Positions 1 through 10,785 of a stretch of 64,000 nucleotides of DNA are shown here, piece by piece (within the stretch, counting starts at the first letter, position 1; every line of letters starts with the position of its first letter). The notes beneath the pieces are model-generated. The model had not been told where the DNA came from. It ran no database searches and worked only from the letters and a program-made list of their open reading frames with translations. This stretch comes from Candidatus Sericytochromatia bacterium. GTDB taxonomy: Bacteria; Cyanobacteriota; Sericytochromatia; S15B-MN24; UBA4093. Location of the stretch: the NCBI GenBank assembly GCA_036676985.1, contig JAKFBU010000076.1, positions 1 to 64,000 on the forward strand. Direction: 5' to 3'. The position numbers and the translations under genes were made by a program.

Positions 1-124
1 CGACAACATCCAGATGGAGATCGAGCTCATCACGCCCGTCGCCATCGAGGAAGGCATGCGCTTCGCCATCCGTGAGGGCGGTCGTACCGTCGGCGCGGGC
101 GTCGTGGCCAGCATCCAGGCCTAG
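1..124 (+). CDS. tuf: Elongation factor Tu, C-terminal fragment (truncated by window start)
   Basis: Frame 2 reads [40 protein letters not shown], the EF-Tu C-terminus; directly upstream of rpsJ. Confidence 0.97.
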   Translation, partial: DNIQMEIELITPVAIEEGMRFAIREGGRTVGAGVVASIQA

Positions 125-136
125 GAGTTATAATCA

Positions 137-442
137 ATGCAAGATAAGATCCGGATCCGGCTCAAGGCTTACGATCACAAGCTGATCGACGCCTCGACCG
201 AGAAGATCGTCGACACCGCTCGCCGGACGGGCGCCCGCGTCGTGGGCCCCATCCCCCTGCCGACGGCCAAGTCGATCTACTGCGTGCTTCGTTCGCCCCA
301 CGTGGACAAGAAGTCGCGCGAACACTTCGAGATCCGTACGCACAAGCGTCTGATCGACATCATGGAGCCCAACCCCAAGACGGTTGACGCCCTCATGCGC
401 CTCGATCTGCCCGCGGGCGTGGACATCGAAGTCAAGCTGTAG
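137..442 (+). CDS. rpsJ: 30S ribosomal protein S10
   Basis: [11 protein letters not shown]...GPIPLPT...[15 protein letters not shown]; AGGAG RBS. Confidence 0.99.
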   Translation: MQDKIRIRLKAYDHKLIDASTEKIVDTARRTGARVVGPIPLPTAKSIYCVLRSPHVDKKSREHFEIRTHKRLIDIMEPNPKTVDALMRLDLPAGVDIEVKL

Positions 443-663
443 GACGTAAGAGCGCCTAACAAAACTGTTCCTTGGCTGCCGGTTGGCAGCGACGGCTTCA
501 AATGCCTGGTTTTGTTAGGTGCGGTTAAGGGGCCACGCTCCGGCGTTAGACGCGCTTCGGAGCGGCGGTTGGAAATCGTCGGGCCGATCGGGACCTGTCA
601 CAGGTCCCGATCGTGCCGTCGAAACGAACGTGGTGCCCCCGCACACAAGGAGTATGTGAAAGA

Positions 664-1296
664 ATGTCTTTAGGAATTCTCGGGAAGAAGCTGGGCATGA
701 CCCAGATCTTCGATGACAACGGTCGGGCCATCCCCGTGACGTTGGTCGAGGTCGGTCCCTGCTACGTCACGCAGGTCAAGACCTCGGATAAGGAAGGCTA
801 CCAGGCCATCCAGATCGGCTTCAGCGCCGTCAAGGAGAAGCACCTGACGAAGGGTCAGCTCGGTCACCTCAAGAAGGGCGGCAACCTGCTCCGCCACCTC
901 AAGGAGTTCCGCCTCGACAACGTCGCGGACTTCACGGTGGGCCAGGAGATCAAGGCCGACATCTTCACCGAGGGCCAGCTGGTCGACGTGATCGGCACCT
1001 CGATCGGTAAGGGTTTCGCCGGCGTGCAGAAGCGCTGGAACGCCGGCCGCGGCCCCATGTCGCACGGTTCGAAGTTCCACCGGCACCCGGGCTCCATCGG
1101 CGCCGGTACGACGCCCCAGCGCGTCTACAAGGGCCTCCACATGCCCGGCAACATGGGCAACGAGCAGGTCACGGTGCGTCACCTCCGGGTGGTGCGCGTC
1201 GACGCCGAGCAGGGTCTCCTGCTCATCCGCGGAGCCGTCCCCGGCGCCGAGGGCGGCGTGGTGACCGTGCGTCCCGCGATCAAGGTCGGCCGGTAA
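664..1296 (+). CDS. rplC: 50S ribosomal protein L3
   Basis: MSLGILGKKLGMTQIFD...GPMSHGSK; start moved to ATG 664. Confidence 0.98.
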   Translation: MSLGILGKKLGMTQIFDDNGRAIPVTLVEVGPCYVTQVKTSDKEGYQAIQIGFSAVKEKHLTKGQLGHLKKGGNLLRHLKEFRLDNVADFTVGQEIKADIFTEGQLVDVIGTSIGKGFAGVQKRWNAGRGPMSHGSKFHRHPGSIGAGTTPQRVYKGLHMPGNMGNEQVTVRHLRVVRVDAEQGLLLIRGAVPGAEGGVVTVRPAIKVGR

Positions 1297-1307
1297 AGGA
1301 GAAGACG

Positions 1308-1928
1308 ATGCCTAACTTGAAGCTAGTTGATTTCCAGGGCAACGCCGCCGGCGATCGCGCCCTGTCCGACGCGGTCTTCGCCATCGAGCCGAACACCCAC
1401 GTCATGCACCTGCACCTGGTCCGCCAGATGGCGAACTGGCGCGCGGGCACCCACTCGAGCCTGACCCGCGCCGAAGTCGCGGGCGGCGGCAAGAAGCCCT
1501 GGAAGCAGAAGGGCACCGGCCGCGCTCGCTCCGGATCGACCCGCAGCCCGCTCTGGCGGCACGGCGGCGTGATCTTCGGGCCCAAGCCGCACAACAACTA
1601 CACCAAGGACATGCCCCGCAAGATGCGCCGGCTCGCCCTGCGCTCGGCGCTGTCCGCCAAGGTCGCCGATCTGATCGGCCTGACCGAGTGGAAGCTCGAG
1701 GCTCCCAGCACCAAGACCGTCGCGACCTTCCTCCAGAAGGTGGGCGCCACGGGCAAGACGCTGATCATCCTCGAGGCCCCGAACGACGTCGTGACGCGCT
1801 CGGCGCGCAACATCGCGGGCGTGACGCTGATTCTCGCTTCCAACCTTAATGTTAAGGATCTGCTAAACCATGATAAAATCGTGGTGACTCCCGCCGCTCT
1901 GCAGCGGATCGAAGAGGTGTTTGCATAA
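1308..1928 (+). CDS. rplD: 50S ribosomal protein L4
   Basis: RAEVAGGGKKPWKQKGTGRARSGS motif; operon order. Confidence 0.98.
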   Translation: MPNLKLVDFQGNAAGDRALSDAVFAIEPNTHVMHLHLVRQMANWRAGTHSSLTRAEVAGGGKKPWKQKGTGRARSGSTRSPLWRHGGVIFGPKPHNNYTKDMPRKMRRLALRSALSAKVADLIGLTEWKLEAPSTKTVATFLQKVGATGKTLIILEAPNDVVTRSARNIAGVTLILASNLNVKDLLNHDKIVVTPAALQRIEEVFA

Positions 1929-2213
1929 ATGAGCGATCTCTACACCGTTCTCAAGCGGCCGCTGGTCACCGAGAAGAGCACGCTGCTCGCCGAGCAGAAC
2001 AAGTACGTCTTCGAGGTGGAGCGCACCGCGACCAAGATCGACATCGCCCGGGCGGCGGAGCTCCTCTTCAAGGTGAAGGTGACCGACGTCCAGACCACCG
2101 CCATCAAGCCCAAGAAGAAACGCGTGGGTGCGAGGACCGGTGAGACCAAGCCCGGCAAGAAGGCGGTCATCACCCTCGCCGAGGGCAACTCGATCGATAT
2201 CTACGGCAGCTAA
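1929..2213 (+). CDS. rplW: 50S ribosomal protein L23
   Basis: RPLVTEKS...KYVFEV...KKAVITL; operon order. Confidence 0.97.
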   Translation: MSDLYTVLKRPLVTEKSTLLAEQNKYVFEVERTATKIDIARAAELLFKVKVTDVQTTAIKPKKKRVGARTGETKPGKKAVITLAEGNSIDIYGS

Positions 2214-2223
2214 GGAGACGGCA

Positions 2224-3051
2224 ATGCCTATCAAGAAGTTTAACCCCAAGACCCCCGGCACCCGGGGCATGAGCGTCTCCGGCTTCGACGAGATCACCAC
2301 CGATCGCCCGGAGAAGAGCCTGGTCCGTTACCTGACCCGCACGGCGGGCCGCAACAACCAGGGCAAGATCACCAGCCGGTTCCGCGGCGGCGGCCACAAG
2401 AAGGCCTATCGCCTGATCGACTTCAAGCGTGACAAGGACGGCGTGCCCGCCCGCGTTGCGACCATCGAGTACGATCCCAACCGGAACGCCCGCATCGCGC
2501 TGTGCTTCTACGCCGACGGCGAGAAGCGCTACATCCTCGCGCCGCTCGGCCTGACCGTCGGTCAGACGATCGTCTCGGGCCCCGAGGCGGACATCCGCGT
2601 CGGCAACGCGCTGCCCCTGAAGAACATCCCCCTGGGTTCGACGGTGCACAACATCGAGCTCAAGGCGGGCAAGGGCGGCCAGATCGTCCGCTCGGCGGGT
2701 GCTGGCGCTCAGCTGGTCGCCAAGGAAGGCGATTACGCCACCCTGAAGCTGCCCTCGGGCGAGATGCGCAAGGTTCACGCCGCCTGCAAGGCCACCATCG
2801 GCCAGGTGGGCAACATCGACGCCAAGAACATCGCCATCGGTAAGGCCGGCCGCACGCGCTGGCTGGGCTTCAAGCCCCACAACCGCGGTGTCGTCATGAA
2901 CGCCAACGACCACCCGCACGGTGGCGGTGAGGGCAAGAGCCCCATCGGCGGCAAGCCGCAGACCCCCTGGGGCAAGCCTGCGATGGGCTACAAGACCCGT
3001 CGCGGCAAGCGTCCCAGTGACGATCTGATCGTCAAGTCTCGCAAGTCCTAA
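2224..3051 (+). CDS. rplB: 50S ribosomal protein L2
   Basis: [25 protein letters not shown] motifs; start at ATG 2224 after AAGGAG. Confidence 0.99.
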   Translation: MPIKKFNPKTPGTRGMSVSGFDEITTDRPEKSLVRYLTRTAGRNNQGKITSRFRGGGHKKAYRLIDFKRDKDGVPARVATIEYDPNRNARIALCFYADGEKRYILAPLGLTVGQTIVSGPEADIRVGNALPLKNIPLGSTVHNIELKAGKGGQIVRSAGAGAQLVAKEGDYATLKLPSGEMRKVHAACKATIGQVGNIDAKNIAIGKAGRTRWLGFKPHNRGVVMNANDHPHGGGEGKSPIGGKPQTPWGKPAMGYKTRRGKRPSDDLIVKSRKS

Positions 3052-3068
3052 GGAGGAGGTCCCGATAG

Positions 3069-3341
3069 ATGTCTAGATCGTTGAAGAAAGGGCCCTTCAT
3101 CCAGACGGCCCTGATCGAGAAGGTCGATGCCCAGAACGAGCGCAACGAGAAGCGCGTGATCAAGACCTGGTCCCGCTCCTCGACCATCATCCCCTCGATG
3201 ATCGGTCACACCATCGCGGTCTACAACGGCCGCAAGCATGTGCCCATCTACATCACCGAGAACATGATCGGTCACAAGCTGGGTGAGTTCGCGCCCACCC
3301 GCCTGTACAAGGGCCACAGTGGCTCTGAGAAGTCGCGCTAA
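3069..3341 (+). CDS. rpsS: 30S ribosomal protein S19
   Basis: [10 protein letters not shown]...[11 protein letters not shown]. Confidence 0.99.
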   Translation: MSRSLKKGPFIQTALIEKVDAQNERNEKRVIKTWSRSSTIIPSMIGHTIAVYNGRKHVPIYITENMIGHKLGEFAPTRLYKGHSGSEKSR

Positions 3342-3355
3342 AGGAAAAGAAGAGA

Positions 3356-3688
3356 ATGGAAACCAGAGCCAGTGCCAAATACGTGCTCATGTCGCCCCGT
3401 AAGGTGCGCCGTGTGCTCGATCTGATCCGCGGCAAGGGGACCGTCGAAGCCATGACGATCCTGCGCTTCACCAACCTGCGCGCCGCCAAGGTGGTCTCCA
3501 AGGTGCTCGCCTCGGCCATGGCCAACGCCGAGCACAACCACCAGGTTGATCCCCGTTCGCTCGTCGTCACCGAGACGTGGGCGGATGGCGGCCCCACGCT
3601 GAAGCGCTTTCAGCCGCACGCCCAGGGCCGGGCATTCCCGATCATGAAGCGTACCAGCCACATTCATGTGGTGGTGGGCTCGAAGTAA
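3356..3688 (+). CDS. rplV: 50S ribosomal protein L22
   Basis: SPRKVRRV...AMANAEHN...KRTSHI. Confidence 0.98.
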   Translation: METRASAKYVLMSPRKVRRVLDLIRGKGTVEAMTILRFTNLRAAKVVSKVLASAMANAEHNHQVDPRSLVVTETWADGGPTLKRFQPHAQGRAFPIMKRTSHIHVVVGSK

Positions 3689-3698
3689 AGAGGAACTC

Positions 3699-4367
3699 AT
3701 GGGACAGAAGATTCACCCCATCGGTCTTCGACTGAACATCACGCGCCCCTGGTCGAGCCGCTGGTTCGCCACCAAGGACTACGCGAAGAACCTGGTCGAG
3801 GATCGTAAGATCCGCCTCTTCGTCAAGAAGAAGCTTTTCAACGCCGGCATCTCGGCCATCGATATCGAGCGCAAGAGCAACCAGCTCGAAGTCAACATCT
3901 CGGCTGCCAAGCCCGGCATCATTGTCGGCCGCGGCGGTCAGGGCATCGATCAGCTCCGGCGTGACGTCGGTCAGCTGACGGGTAAGAAGGTCCAGATCAA
4001 CATCACCGAGGTGACGAAGATCGACGCCGACGCCCAGCTCGTCGCCGAGAGCATCGCGGCTCAGCTCGAGAAGCGTATCGCTTTCCGTCGTGCGATGAAG
4101 CAGGCCATGATGCGCGCCACCAAGTCCGGCGCCAAGGGCATCAAGGTCATGGTCGCCGGCCGCCTGGGCGGCGCCGAAATCGCCCGCTCCGAGTGGGCCC
4201 GCGAAGGCCGCATCCCCCTGCACACCCTGCGTGCCGACATCGACTACGGCTTCACCGAAGCCCGCACCGTCTACGGCATCATCGGCGTCAAGGTGTGGAT
4301 CTACAAGGGCGAAGTGCTCCCCGCCAAGCCCGGTACGAAGGAGGAAGCCGCTCATGCTCATGCCTAA
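3699..4367 (+). CDS. rpsC: 30S ribosomal protein S3
   Basis: [12 protein letters not shown]...[12 protein letters not shown]...[11 protein letters not shown]. Confidence 0.99.
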   Translation: MGQKIHPIGLRLNITRPWSSRWFATKDYAKNLVEDRKIRLFVKKKLFNAGISAIDIERKSNQLEVNISAAKPGIIVGRGGQGIDQLRRDVGQLTGKKVQINITEVTKIDADAQLVAESIAAQLEKRIAFRRAMKQAMMRATKSGAKGIKVMVAGRLGGAEIARSEWAREGRIPLHTLRADIDYGFTEARTVYGIIGVKVWIYKGEVLPAKPGTKEEAAHAHA

Positions 4368-4803
4368 GCGCACCAAGTACCGCCGTCACCACCGCGGTCG
4401 TATGACCGGACATGAAACGCGTGGCGTCGAGGTACAGTTCGGCGAGTTCGGTCTGCAGGCCTGCGAGCCCGCGTGGATCACCTCGCGCCAGATCGAGGCG
4501 GCCCGTCGCGCCATGACCCGCTCCATCCGCCGTGGTGGTCAGGTCTGGATCCGGGTGTTCCCGGACAAGCCCGTCACCGCCAAGCCGGCCGAGACCCGCA
4601 TGGGCTCCGGCAAGGGCGCGCCCGAGTACTGGGTGGCCGTGGTCAAGCCCGGTCGCGTCATGTTCGAGATCAACGGCGTGACCGAGGAGATCGCCCGCGA
4701 GGCGATGCGCCTGGCGGCCCACAAGCTGCCCATCAAGACCAAGTTCATCACCCGGGCCGAGGCGGCCGAAGGAGGCACCGACCGTGTCGAAGCAGAAGTT
4801 TAA
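4354..4803 (+). CDS. rplP: 50S ribosomal protein L16
   Basis: [10 protein letters not shown]...ETRMGSGKG. Confidence 0.99.
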   Translation: MLMPKRTKYRRHHRGRMTGHETRGVEVQFGEFGLQACEPAWITSRQIEAARRAMTRSIRRGGQVWIRVFPDKPVTAKPAETRMGSGKGAPEYWVAVVKPGRVMFEINGVTEEIAREAMRLAAHKLPIKTKFITRAEAAEGGTDRVEAEV

Positions 4804-4999
4804 CGAGTTGTTGGCTCTGGCCCCCCAGGAGCTGCAGGCTCAGCTCAAGGCGGCCAAGGAGGAACTCTTCAACCTCCGCTTCCAGCTGGCGATCCGTCAG
4901 CTCGAGAACACCGCCAAGATCGGGGAGACCAAGACCAAGATTGCCCAGCTTCAGACCGCCCTGCGTTCGAAGGAGTTGGCGGCCGGAGGAACGAAGTAA
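4784..4999 (+). CDS. rpmC: 50S ribosomal protein L29
   Basis: [10 protein letters not shown]...QLENTAKI; operon order. Confidence 0.96.
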   Translation: MSKQKFNELLALAPQELQAQLKAAKEELFNLRFQLAIRQLENTAKIGETKTKIAQLQTALRSKELAAGGTK

Positions 5000-5000
5000 C

Positions 5001-5246
5001 ATGCCGCGTAGAGAGATTACCGGGAAGGTCGTGTCGGACAAGATGGAGAAGACGATCGTCGTCGCCGTCGAGAGCCGCCACCCCCACCACCGTTACGGCA
5101 AGATCATCAAGTCGACCAACAAGTTCAAGGCGCACGACGAGGAGAACACGGCGCATGTGGGCGACATCGTCCGCATCATCGAGAGCCGTCCCCTCTCCAA
5201 GGACAAGCGTTGGAGCTTGCTCGAAGTGGTCGAGCGGGCGCAGTAG
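5001..5246 (+). CDS. rpsQ: 30S ribosomal protein S17
   Basis: [14 protein letters not shown]...AHDE...[11 protein letters not shown]; C-terminal part of the track ORF 4473..5246. Confidence 0.98.
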   Translation: MPRREITGKVVSDKMEKTIVVAVESRHPHHRYGKIIKSTNKFKAHDEENTAHVGDIVRIIESRPLSKDKRWSLLEVVERAQ

Positions 5247-5258
5247 TAGGAGGCAGCG

Positions 5259-5627
5259 ATGATCCAGGTACAGACTCGTCTCGCTGTCGCCGACAACACC
5301 GGCGCGCGCGAGCTCATGTGCATCCGGGTGCTCGGCGGCGGCAACCGTCGCTACGCCCAGGTCGGCGACGTCATCGTCGCCGTCGTCAAGGATGCGACCC
5401 CCAACATGCCGGTCAAGAAGTCGGATGTCGTCAAGGCGGTCATTGTGCGCACCAAGCACCCCGTGGTCCGTCAGGACGGCAGCCGCATCAAGTTCGACGA
5501 GAACGCGGCCGTCATCATCAACAAGGACATGAACCCTCGTGGGACCCGCGTGTTCGGGCCCATCGCCCGTGAGCTTCGTGACAAGAACTTCATGAAGATC
5601 ATCTCGCTGGCGCCCGAGGTCCTGTAA
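5259..5627 (+). CDS. rplN: 50S ribosomal protein L14
   Basis: VADNTGA...[13 protein letters not shown]...SLAPEVL. Confidence 0.99.
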   Translation: MIQVQTRLAVADNTGARELMCIRVLGGGNRRYAQVGDVIVAVVKDATPNMPVKKSDVVKAVIVRTKHPVVRQDGSRIKFDENAAVIINKDMNPRGTRVFGPIARELRDKNFMKIISLAPEVL

Positions 5628-5645
5628 GAACGAGGAACAGCAGTC

Positions 5646-5963
5646 ATGAACCGCATCAAGAAGGGCGATACCGTCATGGTCATCGCCGGCAAGGATAAGG
5701 GGAAGAAGGGCGAGGTCAAGCTCGTCAACCCCAAGGACAACAAGGCCGTCGTCGAGGGCGTCAACGTGATCACGCGTCACACCCGCCCCTCGATGGCCAA
5801 CCCCCAGGGTGGCCGCGTGACCAAGGAGGCTCCGATCGACATGAGCAAGCTCATGCCGGTGGATCCCACCAGCGGCAAGCCGACTCGCATCGGGGTCGCC
5901 ACCTTGGCTGATGGCAAGCAAGTCCGGGTCGCGAAGGCCTCGGGCGAGCAGCTCGACAAGTAA
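5646..5963 (+). CDS. rplX: 50S ribosomal protein L24
   Basis: [22 protein letters not shown] motif. Confidence 0.98.
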   Translation: MNRIKKGDTVMVIAGKDKGKKGEVKLVNPKDNKAVVEGVNVITRHTRPSMANPQGGRVTKEAPIDMSKLMPVDPTSGKPTRIGVATLADGKQVRVAKASGEQLDK

Positions 5964-5980
5964 GTGAGGACCTGAGTTCG

Positions 5981-6526
5981 ATGCGTTTGCACGAGAAATA
6001 CAAGACCGACGTGGTGCCCGCCCTCCAGAAGGAGTTCGGCTACACCAACGTCATGGCCGTTCCCCGGATCGTCAAGGTCGTCATCAACATGGGCCTCGGC
6101 GAGGCCGTCCAGAACCCCAAGGGCCTGGAGAACGCCGTCGCCGACCTCGCCAAGATCGCCGGTCAGAAGCCGGTCATCACCAAGGCGAAGAAGTCGATCG
6201 CGACCTTCAAGCTCCGCGAGGGCATGAACATCGGCACGATGGTCACCCTGCGTGGCGCTCGTATGTACGAGTTCCTCGACCGCTTCATGAACCTGGCTCT
6301 GCCCCGCATCCGCGACTTCCGCGGCGTGTCGGCCAAGAGCTTCGACGGTCGCGGCAACTACTCGATCGGCGTCAAGGAGCAGTTGATCTTCCCCGAGATC
6401 GACTACGACAAGGTCGACAAGGTGCGTGGCATGGACATCACCATCGTCACGACCGCGAAGACCGACGAAGAGGCCCGCGCCCTGCTCAAGAACATGGGCA
6501 TGCCGTTCGCCGGCATGAATAAGTAA
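5981..6526 (+). CDS. rplE: 50S ribosomal protein L5
   Basis: [10 protein letters not shown]...FDGRGNY...EQLIFPEI. Confidence 0.99.
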   Translation: MRLHEKYKTDVVPALQKEFGYTNVMAVPRIVKVVINMGLGEAVQNPKGLENAVADLAKIAGQKPVITKAKKSIATFKLREGMNIGTMVTLRGARMYEFLDRFMNLALPRIRDFRGVSAKSFDGRGNYSIGVKEQLIFPEIDYDKVDKVRGMDITIVTTAKTDEEARALLKNMGMPFAGMNK

Positions 6527-6537
6527 GGAGTAACCCC

Positions 6538-6723
6538 TTGGCCAAGACGTCGATGATCGTCAAGTCGCAGCGGCAGCCGAAGTTCAAGGTTCGGCACCAC
6601 AACCGTTGCAGCCGCTGCGGCCGTCCGCACGCGTTCTACCGCAAGTTCGGCATCTGCCGCATCTGCTTGCGCAACCTGGCTCACCGCGGTGAGCTGCCCG
6701 GGGTCGTCAAGTCCAGCTGGTAA
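6538..6723 (+). CDS. rpsN: 30S ribosomal protein S14, short zinc-binding (type Z) form
   Basis: 61 aa with CSRC and CRIC; [11 protein letters not shown]; TTG start. Confidence 0.98.
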   Translation: MAKTSMIVKSQRQPKFKVRHHNRCSRCGRPHAFYRKFGICRICLRNLAHRGELPGVVKSSW

Positions 6724-6802
6724 GCCAGCTGGTCTCTGACCCGGAGTGGAGAAGTCCGCGGCGTGTGCCGCGGATACTGCCCAACTCAAGAAGGAAGAAG
6801 AA

Positions 6803-7204
6803 ATGCCTGTTACCGATCCCATCGCGGATATGCTGACCCGCATCCGCAACGCCAATATCGCGTTCCTCCCCAGCACCGACATCCCCTCGAGCAAGCTCAA
6901 GCTCGAGATCGCCCGCGTGCTCAAGGAGGAAGGCTTCATCCACGGCTTCGAGGCCGTGACGGATGAGGCCAACCACCCCCGGATCCGCGTTTCGCTGAAG
7001 TACGCGCAGGGCAAGCAGCGCGTCATCACCGGCATCAAGCGGATTTCCAAGCCCGGCCTGCGCGTGTATGCCGGCAAGAACGAGCTTCCCCGCGTCCTCG
7101 GCGGGCTGGGCATTGCCATCGTGTCGACCCCCAAGGGCGTCATGACCGACAAGCAGGCCCGGCGCGACAACGTTGGCGGCGAAGTGCTCGCCTACGTCTG
7201 GTAA
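6803..7204 (+). CDS. rpsH: 30S ribosomal protein S8
   Basis: [14 protein letters not shown]...SKPGLRVY...GGEVLAYVW. Confidence 0.99.
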   Translation: MPVTDPIADMLTRIRNANIAFLPSTDIPSSKLKLEIARVLKEEGFIHGFEAVTDEANHPRIRVSLKYAQGKQRVITGIKRISKPGLRVYAGKNELPRVLGGLGIAIVSTPKGVMTDKQARRDNVGGEVLAYVW

Positions 7205-7213
7205 GGGGGAAAC

Positions 7214-7759
7214 ATGTCGCGAATTGGAAAGCGCCCGGTCGAACTGCCGGGTAACGTCAAGGTCACGGTCGATGGCCAGAAGGTCACGGTCGAGGGCCCC
7301 AAGGGCAAGCTGAGCCGCGAGCTCGTGCCCCAGGTCTCGGTCTCGGTCGAGGGCAACGTCCTCTCGGTCAACCGCGCCGACGAGAGCCGCGAGGCGCGCT
7401 CGCGCCACGGCCTCAGCCGCACGCTGGTCGCCAACATGGTCGAGGGCGTCTCGACGGGCTTCACCAAGAGCCTTGAGATGGTCGGCGTCGGTTACCGCGC
7501 CACCCTCGAGGGCAAGGCCCTGAACCTCGCCGTCGGCTACTCCCACCCGGTCAAGATCACCCCGCCCGAGGGCGTGGAGATCGCCGTGGAGGGCGCCAAC
7601 AAGATCCACGTCAAGGGTGCCGACAAGCAGCTCGTGGGCGACACCGCCGCCGAGATCCGCGCCGTCCGTCCGCCCGAGCCTTACAAGGGCAAGGGCATCA
7701 AGTACGCGGGCGAGGTCGTTCGCCGCAAGGCCGGTAAGTCCGGCGGCAAGAAGAAGTAG
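7214..7759 (+). CDS. rplF: 50S ribosomal protein L6
   Basis: MSRIGK...[11 protein letters not shown]. Confidence 0.99.
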   Translation: MSRIGKRPVELPGNVKVTVDGQKVTVEGPKGKLSRELVPQVSVSVEGNVLSVNRADESREARSRHGLSRTLVANMVEGVSTGFTKSLEMVGVGYRATLEGKALNLAVGYSHPVKITPPEGVEIAVEGANKIHVKGADKQLVGDTAAEIRAVRPPEPYKGKGIKYAGEVVRRKAGKSGGKKK

Positions 7760-7768
7760 AGGCACGCT

Positions 7769-8137
7769 GTGATCAAGAAGAAAGTACGCAAGCACGAAAT
7801 CCAGCGGCGCCACGTCCGGCTCCGCGAGCGCATCAGCGGTACCGCCGAGCGTCCGCGTCTGGCCGTGTTCCGCAGCCAGCAGCACATCTACGCCCAGATC
7901 ATCGACGACGTCGAGGGCAAGACCCTCGCCGCCGCCTCGACCCTGGAGCCCGAGCTGCGCAACTCGCTGTCGAACGGTCGCACCGTCGAGGCGGCCACGG
8001 CCGTCGGCAAGGCGATCGCCGAGCGCGCGAAGACCAAGGGCATCGAGTCGGTCGTTTACGACCGCGGCGGGTTCCTCTATCACGGCCGAATCGCGGCGCT
8101 GGCGGATGCCGCGCGCGAGGGCGGGCTCTCGTTCTAA
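7769..8137 (+). CDS. rplR: 50S ribosomal protein L18
   Basis: RPRLAVFRS...[11 protein letters not shown]. Confidence 0.98.
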   Translation: MIKKKVRKHEIQRRHVRLRERISGTAERPRLAVFRSQQHIYAQIIDDVEGKTLAAASTLEPELRNSLSNGRTVEAATAVGKAIAERAKTKGIESVVYDRGGFLYHGRIAALADAAREGGLSF

Positions 8138-8152
8138 GGTTTGGAGGCATAA

Positions 8153-8719
8153 GTGGATAACAAGGATACGCGCGGCGGCCGGGGTCCCGGCCAGGGCCGC
8201 GGCACCCGCCCCCCGCGTGAGCGTGACCGCGAGCGCGAAGAGTCCGAGTGGCAGGAGAAGGTCGTCCAGATCCGCCGCGTCACCAAGGTCGTCAAGGGCG
8301 GCAAGAAGATGTCGTTCCGCGCCACGGTGGTGGTCGGCAACGGCAAGGGCCAGGTCGGCGTCGGCGTCGGCAAGGCTGCCGAGGTCATCACGGCCATCCA
8401 GAAGGCCGTCACGGATGCCAAGAAGCACCTGCTGACGGTCACCATGGTCGAGACGACGATCCCCCACACGATCATCGGCGAGGCCGGCTCGAGCTCCGTG
8501 CTCATCAAGCCCGCTTCCAAGGGTACCGGCGTTATCGCGGGTGGCTCGGTCCGGACCGTGCTGGAGCTCGCGGGCATCAAGGACGTGCTGTCCAAGTCGC
8601 TGAGCGGCAACAGCCCCCTGAACAACGCCCGTGCCACCATGAACGCCCTCTCGCGCCTGCACAAGGCCGAGGACGTCGCGGCCCTCCGTGGCCTCAGCGT
8701 CGAGCAGTTGCTGGGTTAG
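8153..8719 (+). CDS. rpsE: 30S ribosomal protein S5 with Arg/Gly/Glu-rich N-terminal extension
   Basis: RVTKVVKGG...GTGVIAGG. Confidence 0.98.
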   Translation: MDNKDTRGGRGPGQGRGTRPPRERDREREESEWQEKVVQIRRVTKVVKGGKKMSFRATVVVGNGKGQVGVGVGKAAEVITAIQKAVTDAKKHLLTVTMVETTIPHTIIGEAGSSSVLIKPASKGTGVIAGGSVRTVLELAGIKDVLSKSLSGNSPLNNARATMNALSRLHKAEDVAALRGLSVEQLLG

Positions 8720-8727
8720 GGGGAACG

Positions 8728-8913
8728 ATGGCGGACAACAAGAAGATCAAGATCACGCTCGTCAAGAGCCCCATCGGCTACGACAAGCGTCAGAAGGCCA
8801 TCGTCAAGGCCCTGGGCCTTGGCAAGCTGAACAGCACGGTCGAGCATTTGGATTCGCCCACGATCATGGGGATGGTCTTCAAGATCAGCCACCTGGTCAA
8901 GGTCGAAGCGTAA
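8728..8913 (+). CDS. rpmD: 50S ribosomal protein L30
   Basis: [12 protein letters not shown]...[13 protein letters not shown]...ISHLVKVE; between rpsE and rplO. Confidence 0.97.
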   Translation: MADNKKIKITLVKSPIGYDKRQKAIVKALGLGKLNSTVEHLDSPTIMGMVFKISHLVKVEA

Positions 8914-8922
8914 GGAGACACC

Positions 8923-9375
8923 ATGAACCTCACCGATCTCAGGCCCGCCGAGGGCGCGACCAAGCGCAAGAAGCGCGTGGGCCGCGGCCACGGCTCGGGT
9001 CACGGTAAGACCTCGACCCGCGGTTACAACGGTCAGGGTCAGCGCTCGGGCGAGAGCAAGCGCGCCGGGTTCGAGGGCGGTCAGATGCCCCTGTATCGCC
9101 GCACCCCGAAGATGCATCACTTCCCGATGCCCCTGCGCTACAAGCCCGAGTTCGTCATCGTCAACGTCGGCGACCTCGCCAAGTTCGACGCTGGCAGCAC
9201 GGTCGACGCCCAGGCGCTCGTCGACAAGGGCCTCATCCGCCACGAGGCGAATGGCGTCCGCGTCCTCGGCGACGGCGAGCTGACCGTGAAGCTCACGGTC
9301 AAGGCCAACTACTTCACGGCTTCGGCCAAGGAGAAGATCGAGGCCGCCGGCGGCACCGTCGAGGTGCTCGGCTAA
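8923..9375 (+). CDS. rplO: 50S ribosomal protein L15
   Basis: RVGRGHGSGHGKT...GFEGGQMPL. Confidence 0.99.
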   Translation: MNLTDLRPAEGATKRKKRVGRGHGSGHGKTSTRGYNGQGQRSGESKRAGFEGGQMPLYRRTPKMHHFPMPLRYKPEFVIVNVGDLAKFDAGSTVDAQALVDKGLIRHEANGVRVLGDGELTVKLTVKANYFTASAKEKIEAAGGTVEVLG

Positions 9376-10769
9376 TGGTGAACCTGGCGCAGGTCCAGAC
9401 GGCGCTCCGTAACCTTTGGAAAGTCGAAGGCATCCGGGAGAAGCTGCTGTTCACCCTCGCCATGATCGCCCTCCTCCGGTTCGGCGTGCACATCCCCGTC
9501 TCGGGGGTGGATCATGCACGCCTTTCCGGCATTTTTGGCGGCGGGAACATGCTCGCGGGCTTCCTCGACCTCTTCAGTGGCGGGGCGCTCGCGAAGTTCT
9601 CGATCCTGGCCTTGGGGATCACGCCGTACATCAACGCCAGCATCATCATGCAGCTGATGGCGTCGGTGATCCCCAAGCTCGAGGAGCTCCAGAAGGAGGG
9701 CGGCGAGCAGGGCCGCAAGCAGATCGCTCAGTGGACGCGCTACCTGACGGTGGTGCTCGCGCTGGTCCAGGCCTACGGGATCACCCGCTGGCTCTGGGCC
9801 TCGAACGCTGTCGTGGGACACCCTGCGACGGGTCCCTGGCCCTGGATGTTCATCCTGCCCACCATGCTCATCATGGTGACGGGCACGATCTTCGTCATGT
9901 GGATCGGGGAGCTCATCACCGAGCGAGGCATCGGCAACGGCGCCTCCCTGATCATCATGGCGGGTATCCTGGCGAGCATCCCCCGGTACTTCGAGACGAC
10001 CCAGCAGGGTCTCACCTCGGGTGCGTTTTCCTGGTGGCAGGTGCTGCTGCTGGCGCTCTCCTTCTTGGGGATCCTGGTGGCCATCGTCATCGTCCAGGAA
10101 GGCGCGCGCAAGATCCCGGTGCAGGCCGCCAAGAAGCAGGTCGGTGGCCGGGCGTTCCAGCAGCGCTCGAGCTACATCCCGTTCAAGGTCAACCAGGGCG
10201 GGGTCATGCCGATCATCTTCGCGTCGAGCTTGTTGCTCTTCCCGGTCACGATCTCCCAGCTCCTCGGCAACCAGGCGCAAGCCGTGACGGCCAAGGTCAA
10301 CTGGGCGTTCAACACCGGGGCTGCCTGGCAATGGGACAACGTCCGCAACGCCCTGCAGCAGGGGTTGAACCACCTCCTGTCGGCGCTCTCGCCGTCGGGG
10401 TGGCTGTACGCGGTGGTCTACTTCGCGTTGATCATCTTCTTCAGCTACTTCTACGCGAGCCTGGTGCTGAACCCCCAGGATCTGGCCAAGAACCTCCAGA
10501 AGTTCGGCAACTTCATCCCCGGGGTTCGCCCCGGCAAGCCGACGGCCGAGTATCTGGAGCAGGTGCTGAGCCGGATCACCTTCATCGGGGCGCTCTTCCT
10601 CGGCATCGTCTCGATCGTCCCGACCTTCGTCGAGAACGCCACCGGCGTCACGACGTTCCAGGGTCTGGGCGCCACGGCGCTCTTGATCATGGTCGGCGTG
10701 GCCATCGACCTGTACAACCAGCTGCGGACGCAGCTGCTCGCTCGACAGTACGAAGGTTTCATGAAATAA
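9375..10769 (+). CDS. secY: Preprotein translocase subunit SecY
   Basis: LGITPYINASIIMQL, WIGELITERGIGNG, FIPGVRPG; many hydrophobic segments. Confidence 0.99.
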   Translation: MVNLAQVQTALRNLWKVEGIREKLLFTLAMIALLRFGVHIPVSGVDHARLSGIFGGGNMLAGFLDLFSGGALAKFSILALGITPYINASIIMQLMASVIPKLEELQKEGGEQGRKQIAQWTRYLTVVLALVQAYGITRWLWASNAVVGHPATGPWPWMFILPTMLIMVTGTIFVMWIGELITERGIGNGASLIIMAGILASIPRYFETTQQGLTSGAFSWWQVLLLALSFLGILVAIVIVQEGARKIPVQAAKKQVGGRAFQQRSSYIPFKVNQGGVMPIIFASSLLLFPVTISQLLGNQAQAVTAKVNWAFNTGAAWQWDNVRNALQQGLNHLLSALSPSGWLYAVVYFALIIFFSYFYASLVLNPQDLAKNLQKFGNFIPGVRPGKPTAEYLEQVLSRITFIGALFLGIVSIVPTFVENATGVTTFQGLGATALLIMVGVAIDLYNQLRTQLLARQYEGFMK

Positions 10770-10785
10770 TGGGAGGCTCACGTCC

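Noticed and set aside
6707-8662. Long antisense or alternate-frame ORFs (651 aa here; also 13256-14995, 20877-22499, 34678-36432, 37315-39570, 62529-63986 and most of 46140-48251)
   Set aside because: They shadow well-identified genes; long open frames are expected from high-GC codon bias and they show no family motifs
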